The translations under genes and the position numbers were made by a program. This document shows, piece by piece, positions 49,553 to 61,299 of a stretch of DNA of 64,000 nucleotides; position 1 is the stretch's first letter; every line of letters begins with the position of its first letter. The notes under the pieces are model-generated. The model did not search any database, was not told where the DNA came from, and saw only the letters and a program-made list of their open reading frames with translations. This DNA is from an uncultured Actinomycetes bacterium (GTDB lineage: Bacteria; Actinomycetota; Acidimicrobiia; IMCC26256; PALSA-610), in contig CAVPBG010000003.1 in NCBI GenBank assembly GCA_963701825.1, positions 451,762-515,761 on the forward strand. Direction: 5' to 3'.

Positions 49553-50290
49553 ATGGAGCAGGACGCCGCGATCGAGCCTTCTCGCCTGCGCCACCGCGTG
49601 ACGCACCGGCTGCCGATGTCGGTGCGCCAGTTCCCGTTCCGCGCCGCCGACCGGGCGGTCGCCGAGCTCGACAAGCGTCGGTTGAACACTGCGCACCCGA
49701 ACATCGCGGCCGCGCTCGCCCGGCCCAAGGATTTCACCGAGCTGCGCCAGACCTACGACAAGTACGTCGCCGACGTCTCCAGCTGGGAGTGGGCGGTCTC
49801 CTGGCCCACGGTGCGCGCCCTCGACACGTTGTGCGAGGAGCTGCAGCCCCGCCACATCCTCGACCTCGGCTCGGGCCTCAGCACGTTCGTGGTGGCCAAC
49901 TGGGCGCGCCGCAGCGGCCTCGATGTGGAGATCGTCTCCGTCGACGACTCCCCCGACTGGCTCGCCAAGACCCGCGCCTTCCTCGACCAGAACGGGCTCT
50001 CGGCGCGCCTCATCGACATCGGCGAGCTGAGCACGCTTCCCGCGTCAACCTTCGAGCTCGCGTTCGACGACATCGGCCGCACCGAAGATCGCTCGAAGGT
50101 GATCGAGACCCTCACGCGCGTGATGGCGCCGGGCGGCGTCGTCGTGCTCGACGACATGAACGTGCGCGGCTACCGCGAAGAGGTGCGCACCAAGCTCGAC
50201 GCGGCGGGTTGGAAGCTCTTCAGCCTGCGGACGCAGACGATCGACCCCAAGGGCCGCTTCGCCATGCTCACCGCCGCCCCCAAGCCCTAG
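49553..50290 (+). CDS. Class I SAM-dependent methyltransferase-like protein (start taken at MEQDAAIE; ORF opens at 49454)
   Basis: ...RHILDLGSGLSTFVVANW (motif I-like)...GGVVVLDDMN. Confidence 0.6.
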   Translation: MEQDAAIEPSRLRHRVTHRLPMSVRQFPFRAADRAVAELDKRRLNTAHPNIAAALARPKDFTELRQTYDKYVADVSSWEWAVSWPTVRALDTLCEELQPRHILDLGSGLSTFVVANWARRSGLDVEIVSVDDSPDWLAKTRAFLDQNGLSARLIDIGELSTLPASTFELAFDDIGRTEDRSKVIETLTRVMAPGGVVVLDDMNVRGYREEVRTKLDAAGWKLFSLRTQTIDPKGRFAMLTAAPKP

Positions 50291-50298
50291 CAAAGAAA

Positions 50299-50349
50299 CG
50301 AACCGTCGTGAGTTAGGTGCGTATATGGCACCTAACTCACGACAGTTCG
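50299..50349. repeat. Palindromic REP-like element, copy 2 (22-bp stem, one mismatch), at a convergent gene junction; probable bidirectional terminator
   Basis: cgaaccgtcgtgagttaggtgc-gtatatg-gcacctaactcacgacagttcg. It lies 9 nt after the stop at 50290 and 7 nt before the minus-strand stop at 50356. Confidence 0.75.
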
Positions 50350-50355
50350 AGGGTG

Positions 50356-51909
50356 TTACTCGTCGCTGAGGATCGTGCCGACGGCGTGACCCTGGCCGAC
50401 GATGACGCCCGCCGGGTGCGCGGTGCACTGCAGGACCGTCGTGCCGGTGGTGCACAGGGCGATCACGTCGACGGTGAGGGTCTTGTCGAGCTCGTCGTTG
50501 AGGTCGGGGATCGTCGCTACGGCGACGGTGCGATTGACCTGCCCGGGCAGGAACTTCACCGACTTCAGCACGCCACCGGTCCAGTCGCCGGGGTTCGTCT
50601 TCGACTTATGCGTGGCCGTGTCGGCCGCCACGATGAACAGCACCCGGAACGTCGTCGCCGCGGGGCGGGAGAGCGTCACCGAGAACTTCAGCGCCTTCGG
50701 GCCACCCAGGTCGCCTTCGGGCACCGACGCGCTCCCGATGTTCACCACGTTGGAGCTACCCGAAGCCAGCGGGTCCGCGATGATCGTTCCCGTGCCGACC
50801 GGGCGCCGGAACACGTATCCACCGGTGAGCCCACCGGCCGGTGCGCTCAGGTTGAACGTGAACGTGCCGCCCGAGCTCGCGCTCGGGAGGATGCGGACCG
50901 CGACGTAATGCGCGGTGGCTGCACCGGCGTTGAACTTCGTCTTGCCGATCAACGCGGTGTAGTCGGTACCGGCTGTCGCGGTGCCGTCCGCGGTCGAGAA
51001 GTCGATCGTGACCGCCGCGGTCGGCGGCCTCGACAAGATGATCGGGAACAAGAGGGTGCGGTACGGGCTCACGTTCGGGCTGTTGACGACCGTTCCGTCA
51101 CCGACGGAGATGTTCAGGTCACCGACGACCGAGAACCCGACGGGCCCCGACGACGACGATGCAAACGAGCCGTCGCCGATGTAGTCGGCTTCGATCGAGT
51201 GTCCGCCACCCAAGGCCAGCGACGAACCCGGCGCGACCGGCACGATCGCAGTTCCGTCGCTACCGACTGCGGCGGTGACCGGTGCGCCGCCGTCGAGCGA
51301 TACCGAGAACGAGCCCTCGGGCACGATCCCGTCGCCCACACGGTGCACCTCGACGTGCGCGTAGGCGGCCTTCGACACCGCGATGGGGGCGCCGATCAGA
51401 TACGTGCTGACCTCGGTCGGAGAAGGCACCGCGCCCAATGCGTCGGCCGCGAACGAGATGTCGCTCTGCGGCTGCGCGCCGCCTTCATTGTTCGACTCCG
51501 AGACGTACACGACACACGGTGCGGTGCCCAACGACGAGCACGAACGGTTGCCGTTGCCGATCCCGGTTTCTTTGATCGCGATATTCGGGAAAACCGCATC
51601 CGACGTGAACGAAAGGCTCCCGGGCGACGTGAAACCCAAAACTTCACAGTCGCGCGAGCTGGGCGTCATGTTCACGACCGGCAGCGCCGTGTTGTCGGCG
51701 TACGCGTTGCCGCACTCGGAGATCTCGACCGTGGCCTGCGAGCTCATCGCCAGGCCCGAGACCGTGACCGTGACGAGCTGGCCGTCGGTGAGTCCCGTCG
51801 ACTGGTCGAGGCTCAGTACCGGGCTCGCACTCGCCACACCCGCCCCAACCGCACCTAATCCCATCACCGCGACGAATGTCGCGACCGCGAACGTGGCGAA
51901 CTTCTTCAC
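50356..51909 (-). CDS. Secreted protein: signal peptide, neocarzinostatin-like/Ig-like N-terminal domains, two Calx-beta-like domains
   Basis: GTG start VKKFATFAVATFVAVMGLGAVGAGVASA (signal), ..VTVTVSGLA...VEISECGN.., then ADGTATAGTDYTA and ..ADTATHKSKTNPGDW.. blocks typical of Calx-beta. The upstream part of ORF 50356..52569 looks non-coding. Confidence 0.7.
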   Translation of the reverse strand: MKKFATFAVATFVAVMGLGAVGAGVASASPVLSLDQSTGLTDGQLVTVTVSGLAMSSQATVEISECGNAYADNTALPVVNMTPSSRDCEVLGFTSPGSLSFTSDAVFPNIAIKETGIGNGNRSCSSLGTAPCVVYVSESNNEGGAQPQSDISFAADALGAVPSPTEVSTYLIGAPIAVSKAAYAHVEVHRVGDGIVPEGSFSVSLDGGAPVTAAVGSDGTAIVPVAPGSSLALGGGHSIEADYIGDGSFASSSSGPVGFSVVGDLNISVGDGTVVNSPNVSPYRTLLFPIILSRPPTAAVTIDFSTADGTATAGTDYTALIGKTKFNAGAATAHYVAVRILPSASSGGTFTFNLSAPAGGLTGGYVFRRPVGTGTIIADPLASGSSNVVNIGSASVPEGDLGGPKALKFSVTLSRPAATTFRVLFIVAADTATHKSKTNPGDWTGGVLKSVKFLPGQVNRTVAVATIPDLNDELDKTLTVDVIALCTTGTTVLQCTAHPAGVIVGQGHAVGTILSDE

Positions 51910-52723
51910 CGAAATCCCGCTCACCGCTACCCCGCTCTCCGCCCCCCAGGGCCGCAATCCTGCCGGATTCGACCAAAGGAACAGCGCTCCCCTAACCGGC
52001 TCCGGGGAACATACTTCCAATCCGGATTGCCAGTGGCAAATACTGCCAGTTATTCTCCGGGCGGGCGGGACGAAGTGATCGACCTTTGCGGGGCCGACCT
52101 CACCACGCCTCAATGAGACGGGGGAAGGCATGCGCAAGGTCGCTCGCGTTCTGGTCGCACCTTTGGTAGCGATCGCCACACTGGTTCCGGCCGCCGCTGC
52201 GCACGCGGCGATCTCGGGCACGAGTGGCGCAGTAACCAAGATCTCACCGCCGGCGTCGGTCGACCGCTTCACCGGTCTCGACTCCGACACCACGACCTGG
52301 GCGTGGGACGAGCAACAGGGCGTCACGCTCGCGTCGCCGATCCGCGTCGACATCACGTCGCCCGGCACGTACGACTCGAACGCGAGCCTGCCCGGCGGGA
52401 CGATCGCCGCGGGCACGGTGGTCGACAGCCACTTCTTCGACAGCGTTCCGGTCGCGACGCACGCCGGCATCACGCTGACCGCAACGCTCACCTTCCCGAC
52501 CGACGTGCTCGGTGTCATCGCGCTGCGCGGCAAGTTGTTGTCGAGCAACGTGCTCGGCGCACCCGGCACCGACTACACGACGGCCGCCGCGAGTAACGAC
52601 ATGGACCTCGATCCCGCGCAGGACGCGGTGATCATGCCCGACCAGCGCACGGTCACGATCCGCGCCAACCGCCACACCGGCGCCGACGTCGACCAGGTCC
52701 GCATCATCACCAAGCACGACAGC

Positions 52724-54425
52724 GCGCCCACCGCCAGCGCGGGCGGGCCCTACGCAGCCGTCGAAGGCAGCCCCGTCACGCTGCACGGCGTCGCGTTCGA
52801 TCCCGAAGGTGACCCGACGCAGACCTCGTGGTCGTTCGCGACCACCGGCGCGCCCGGCACCGTCTGCACCCCGACCGGAACCACCACTCTCACGCCCACC
52901 ATCACGTGCAACGACAACGCGTTGGTGACGGCGACCCTGAGCGTGAACGACCCGTTCAACCCGCCCGTCACGTCGAGCGCCCAGGTCACGGTGGCCAACG
53001 TCGCGCCCGTGCTCGGCACACCCGTCGTCTCCTCGCCCATCAGCACCACCGCGCCCGCGACCGTGAACGACACGTTCACCGACGTCGGCACGAACGACAC
53101 GCACACCGCCTCGATCGACTGGGGCGACACCACGTCGAGCCCGGCCACGATCACCGAATCCGGCGGCTCCGGCAGCCTCAGCGGTTCGCACACGTACGCG
53201 CTCTCGGGGAGCTACACGCAGACCGTCACCCTCACCGACGACGACGGCGGCACTTCGGTCCAGACCGCGGACGTGATCGTGAACGGCGCACCGACGGCCA
53301 ACGTGGGCGGCCCCTACACCGGGGCGGAAGGTTCGACGAACAACCTCACGGGAACCGCGTCCGACCCCGAGAACGATCCGCTCACCACGACATGGTCGTT
53401 CACTCCCACCGGAACCGATCCCGGAACGATCTGCACGAGCACCGGCACCACCACGCTGACACCGACCGTCACGTGTAACGACGACGCCGTCGTCAACACG
53501 CAGCTCTCGGTCAGCGACGGCATCAACACGCCGACGCTCTCGAACACCACCGTGACCGTCAACAACGTCGCGCCGGTTCTGTCGCCGCTCACCGCGTCGG
53601 CCGGACCGATCGCCGTCGCCGCCAACGCGAACGTGAGCGCCACGTTCACCGACGCCGGCACCAACGACACGCACACCGCTTCGGTCAACTGGGGCGACCT
53701 CACCACGTCCAACGGGACGATCACCGAGGCGGCCGGCTCCGGCAGTCTGAGCGCGACGCACGCATACGCGAGCGCGGGCCTCTACACGGTGACCGTCACC
53801 TTGGCCGACGACAACGGCGGAACTGCGGTGCGCAGCACGCAGATCCTCGTCAACTCGCCGCCCGTCGTCGACGCCGGTGGCCCGTACGTCGGGCTCGAAG
53901 GCTCGACGATGTCGCTGGCCGGAACGGCAACCGATGTCGACGGTGACAGTCTCACGTACACGTGGGCCTTCACCTACACCGGCGACCCCGGCGTTGCGTG
54001 CACCCCGACCGGTGCCGGCATCCACGCGCTGACGCTCAACCTCGTGTGCACCGACGACGCCGTCGTCACCGCCACCCTGACCGCGAGCGACGGCGTGAAC
54101 CCGCCGGTCACGAGTGCACCGACCACGCTGACCGTCGGGAACGTCGCGCCGACCGTCGGCACGATCGTCGAGTCGCCGACCGCGCCGCCCGGCAGCACCG
54201 CCGGGATCTCGGCGACCTTCACCGACCCCGGAACGAACGACACGCACACCGCCACGATCGACTGGGGCGACGGCCACGTCACCACCGGTGCCGTCGCGGA
54301 GTCGGCCGGTTCGGGCACCGTCACCGGTTCGCACACCTACGCCGTCGACGGCAGTTACAACGTGACCGTCACGGTCACCGACGACAACGGCGGCTCCGGC
54401 ACGTCGACCTCGGCGATCCTCTCCG
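52724..54425 (+). repeat. Three tandem coding repeats of about 565 bp (Ig-like + PKD-like domain pairs)
   Basis: Unit starts: APTASAGGPYAAVEGS (52724), APTANVGGPYTGAEGS (53287), PPVVDAGGPYVGLEGS (53858). Confidence 0.8.
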
Positions 54426-54673
54426 ACACGTCGCCGCCGGTGATCACGCCGACGGTTTCGCCGACGCCCAACGGCGCGGGTTGGAACAACTCGCTCGTGA
54501 CCGTCACGTGGACGGTGACCGATTCGGTCTCCCCCATCACGTCGATGACGGGCTGCGACCCGACGACGCTGTCGAGTGACTCGGCATCCACGACGTACAC
54601 CTGCTCGGCCACGAGCCGCGGCGGGACCGCGTCGCAGTCGGTCACCATCAAGCTCGACCAGGTGGCACCGCTC

Positions 54674-57600
54674 CTCAGCGGCGCGGCGACCACACCGCCC
54701 AACGCCAACGGTTGGTACAACGCACCGGTGAGCATTCACTGGACGTGCTCCGACGCGCTCTCGGGCGTGGCCGGAACCTGTCCCGCGAACACGACGCTCA
54801 GCTCCGAGGGCTCGGCCGTCACCGCGAGCGCGTCGGTCTCCGATGTGGCGGGCAACGTCACCAACGCTACGAGCGCGCCGGTCCAGATCGACACGCACGC
54901 CCCGGTGACGACCGCTTCGGCCGTCCCCACGTGGAACAACAACGACGTCGTCCTCACGCTCTCGGCCACCGACAACCTGTCGGGCGTCGACACGACGAAC
55001 TACATCGTCGACGGCGGCGCCACCCAGTCGGGTAGCTCCATCGTGCTGACTGCCGAAGGCATCCACACGGTGCAGTTCTGGAGCACCGACCTCGCGGGCA
55101 ACGTCGAGGCCGCGAACACGGCAACGGTTCGCATCGACAAGACCGCACCGACCATCACCGCCGCGCAGTCGCCGGCGGCCAACGGCGCGGGCTGGAACAA
55201 CACCAGCGTCACCGTGACCTTCACATGCGGCGACTCGCTCTCGGGCGTGTCGGCGTGCGCGGCGCCGCAGACGGTGACCGCCGAAGGTGCGAACCAGTCG
55301 GTGACCGGCAACGTCTCCGACGAGGCCGGCAACACCGCTTCGGTGACGCACACCATGAACATCGACGAGACGCCGCCGACCATCACCGGCTCGGTGCCCC
55401 CGGCGAACGCGAACGGCTGGTACAACGCGCCGGTCACCGCGTCGTTCACGTGCGCCGACGCGCTGTCGGGTGTCGCAACGTGCCCGGCTTCCACCACGCT
55501 CAGCACCGACGGTGCCGGGCAGTCGGTGTCGGGTACCGCGATCGACACCGCCGACAACCCCGCGACCACAACGGTCAGCGGCATCAACATCGACCAGACC
55601 GCACCGACGATCACCGCATCGGTGAACCCGGCGCCGAACAGCTCGGGTTGGAACACCGGCTCGGTGACGGTGCACTTCACGTGCTCCGACGCCACGTCGG
55701 GCGTTGCCCCGGCCGATTGCCCGCCCGACCAGAACGTGACGGCCGAGGGCATCTCGACGGTCGCCGGTACGGCAACCGACCAGGCCGGTAACACGACCTC
55801 CACGTCGGTCGTGGTGCGCATCGACACGATCGCACCGGCCATCACGGGTTCGCAGACGCCGGCGCCGAACGGCGCGGGTTGGAACGACACCGACGTCACG
55901 GTGTCGTTCGTCTGCACCGACTCCGGCTCGGGTATCGCGATCGCCGGTTGCTCGACGCCGACACTCGTCGGTGAAGGCGCCTCGCAGGCCGTGACGGGCA
56001 CCGCGCTCGACACCGCCGGCAACTCCGCCTCCACGACGGTGAGCGGCATCAACGTCGACAAGACGGCGCCGACGCTGTCCGGTGCGCCCACCACGGCGCC
56101 GAACGCGAACGGTTGGTACAGCGGACCGGTGACCATTCACTGGACGTGCTGCCGACGCGCTCTCCGGGATCGCGGGCGGCTGCCCGGCCGACTCGGTCAT
56201 CAACAGTGAAGGCGTGTCGGAGACCGCAACCGCGGCTGTGAGCGACGTCGCCGGTAACAGCACGACTGCAGTGTCGGCTTCGGTCAACATCGACCGCACC
56301 GCGCCGACCACCGCCGTGTCGTCGGTTCCCGACTGGTCGAACACGTCGGTGAACCTCACGCTGACGGCGAACGACAACCTCTCGGGCGTCGCGTCGACCA
56401 ACTACACGGTCGACGGTGGCGCAACCCAGAGCGGTACCTCGGTTGCCCTCACGACCGAGGGCGTGCACACGGTGCAGTTCTGGAGCACCGACGTCGCGGG
56501 CAACGTCGAGGCCACGCACACCACCGTGGTGAAGATCGACACCACTGCGCCGATCATCACCGCGGCGCAGGCGCCGCCCGCGAACGGCGCCGGATGGAAC
56601 AACACCAACGTCACCGTCACCTTCGTGTGCAGCGATGCCCTTTCCGGCATCGCGTCGTGCACGCCGGCCCAGACGGTCACAACGGAAGGTGCGGGCCAGT
56701 CGGCGACCGGCCACGCAGTCGACAACGCCGGTAACACGGCCGCCGCGACCGCGACGCTGAACATCGACAAGACCCCGCCGACGATCCACGGCACGGTGCC
56801 GCCCGCCAACGTGTTCGGTTGGTACAACGTGCCGGTCACGACGAACTGGACGTGCGGCGACGCACTCTCCGGGGTCGCGACCTGCCCCAACCCGAGCACG
56901 CTCTCGAGCGACGGCCTCGGCCAGTCGGTCACGGGCACCACGAGTGACACCGCCGGTAACCCGGCGAGCGCGACGGTCAGCGGTATCAACATCGACCAGA
57001 CCGCGCCCGTGCTCACTCCGTCGGCCCCGGCGACCCCCATCGCCGGCTGGTACGCCGGACCGGTGACCGTGCACTGGACCTGCACCGACAACCTGTCGGG
57101 TGTGGTCACGTGCCCGGCCGACCAGACCGTCACCGCAGAGGGTGTCACGAGCCTGGCGCAGACGATCACCGACAAGGCCGGCAACAGCACGACCAACGTG
57201 ATCACCATCCGCATCGACAAGACCCCGCCGGTCATCGTCGGTGCCGCCGCCCCCGCGCCGAACGGCAACGGGTGGAACAACTCCAACGTGACGGTGAGCT
57301 TCACGTGCTCCGACACCCTGTCGGGCACCGCGTCGTGCTCCGGCCCGTCGACCCTCGGCGAGGGTGCACACCAGTCGGTCACCGGTACGGCGACCGACCA
57401 GGCCGGCAACGTCGGCTCGGCGACGGTGAGCGGGATCAACGTCGACGAGACGGCCCCGACGCTGTCGGGTACGCCGACCACCGCGGCGAACGCGAACGGT
57501 TGGTACAAGAACGCGGTCACGATCCACTGGACGTGCGCCGACGCGCTGTCGGGCGTCGACGGATCGACCTGCCCGGCCAACTCGATCATCAGCGGTGAAG

Positions 57601-58612
57601 GCACGGCGCAACAGCAGGCGCGCACAGTGTTCGACCTCGCCGGTAACGCGGCGAGTGCGAACAGCACGCCGGTCAACGTCGACCTCACCGCGCCCGTCAC
57701 CTCGGCGTCGGCCATCCCGCCGACGGCGAGCTCGGTCACGGTGACGTTCACGGCCACCGACAACCTGTCGGGAGTCGCGTCGACCAACTTCTCGGTCGAC
57801 GGTGGCGCCAACCAGGTCGGCACGAGCGTGACGTTCAACACCGTCGGCACGCACACGCTGACCTACTACAGCGTCGACAAGGCCGGGAACGTCGAGGGCA
57901 CGCACGTGGCCACGGTGAACATCTCGGTCAACGCGCCGACGATCACCGCCAGCCTCTCGCCGCCCCCGAACGCGGCCGGTTGGAACAAGTCGAACGTCAC
58001 GGTGACGTTCACGTGTGTCGACGCGGTGTCGGGGATCGCCTCGTGCACCCCGCCGCACACCGTCACGACCGAAGGTGCGGGCCAGCACGTGGCCGGTACC
58101 GCGATCAACCACGCCGGTCAGAGCGCCAGCACCACGGCAACGGTGAACCTCGACAAGACACCGCCCTCGATCAGCGGAACGCTCAGCGGTTCGCCGAACA
58201 GCTACGGCTGGTACAAGGTTCCGGTGACGGCGTCGTTCACGTGTGGTGACAGCCTCTCCGGCATTGCCTCGTGCACGAGTCCGGTGTCGATCCTGCAAGG
58301 CGCCAACCAGTCGGTGACAGGCACCGCGGTCGACGTTGCGGGGAACACCTCGACCAAGACGGTCGGACCGGTGAACGTCGACCTCACGAAGCCGACGATC
58401 ACCGCCACCGCCACGGGTTCGATGTACAACGGTCAGTACTCCGGCAACGTGACGATCCACTTCACGTGCGCCGACGCACTGTCGGGGATCGTGCCCACCA
58501 CCGGTTGCCCGGCCGACCAGGTCGTGACCGCCAGTGGCACGACCACGGTCAACGGCACGGCAACCGACCGGGCCGGTAACACCGCCACGACGAGCATCAC
58601 GGTCACCGTGAA
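54674..58612 (+). repeat. Three super-repeats of about 1.39 kb, each holding several Ig-like domains and one chitobiase-C-like domain (the third is shorter)
   Basis: Unit starts: LSGAATTPPNANGWYNAPVSIHWTC (54674), LSGAPTTAPNANGWYSGPVTIHWTC (56075), LSGTPTTAANANGWYKNAVTIHWTC (57462). Confidence 0.8.
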
Positions 58613-59097
58613 GAGCGTCTGCGAGCGGGAGCAGGACCGTTGGATCGAGGTCGACTGGTACCGCGGTCGGGCGTCGTTCTTCGACGCACTGCGCCTCTTG
58701 CACATCGAGGCCGACCTCGGCGACTTCCTGGACCCGTCGAACTGTCACGGTGGTGACCACATCGACCACGGTCACGGTGGGCACTGCTACGGCGACCAGT
58801 ACGACGCGGTCTCGAGTATCCGGGCGTTGTACGGCATTCAAAGCGTGCCGAGCGCAACCCTCGGCGCCTGGATCGACGACCTGACCGATTCGAGCCGGGT
58901 GATCGCCGCGACTGCGATCAACGACGCCAACAGCTCGAACGGCAGCTCCTACTGGATCTCGCGGGCCCAGTCCGAGCTGAACGCAGGCGACCAGTCGAAC
59001 AACAACAACGACAATGCCGGCGCCGTCGGCCACTACCAGAACGCCTGGCAGTACGCGATCCAGGCGTAACTGCCCAGGACTGTCGCAGTTGTGACTC

Positions 59098-59131
59098 CCA
59101 GCCCACCGGAACGTGATTTCCGGTGGGCTGG
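59098..59131 (+). terminator. Stem-loop terminator candidate after the giant protein gene (14-bp perfect stem, no T-tract)
   Basis: ccagcccaccggaa-cgtgat-ttccggtgggctgg, 29 nt after the TAA at 59067-59069. Confidence 0.6.
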
Positions 59132-59218
59132 CGAGCTGTGCGGTGTGAGACGATTGCTCTGCACACGTCGACGGGGCGGCGCGTGCGGACGTAGTTTCGT
59201 GGCGGCGAACAGGGCGAC

Positions 59219-61249
<2,031 letters not shown>

Positions 61250-61299
61250 CTCCACGCGGGACGTCGACTACGATCCGTGGCCAGGACTTGGGGGGCGGG

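Larger units (their letters stand above)
52130..59069 (+). pseudogene. Giant secreted multi-domain surface protein (about 2,310 aa if read through); one extra base near 56150 splits it into ORFs 52130..56209 and 56214..59069
   Basis: RBS GGGGGAAGG, then signal MRKVARVLVAPLVAIATLVPAAAAHA. A unique N-terminal domain of about 190 aa, then 3x (Ig/cadherin-like + PKD-like, IDWGD..GSHTY..TVTDDDGG), then about 18 Ig-like domains (NGWYN.PV...FTC.DALSGV..C) interleaved with chitobiase-C-like domains (TNY.VDGGA.Q.G..V....EG.HTV.FWS.D.AGN.E), then a C-terminal helical domain of about 150 aa. Confidence 0.85.

Noticed and set aside
11026-50290. Calling the glycan island a mobile genomic island
   Set aside because: I found no integrase, transposase, tRNA attachment site or flanking direct repeats. 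Base composition looks the same as the flanks by eye. 'Island' is used only in the functional sense.
52244-59033. Two very long minus-strand ORFs (52244..56401, 1,385 aa; 56049..59033, 994 aa) antisense to the second giant gene
   Set aside because: Same reasoning: Arg/Gly/Asp-rich, no motifs, no start context. The plus-strand product has an RBS, a signal peptide and recognisable PKD/Ig-like repeats.
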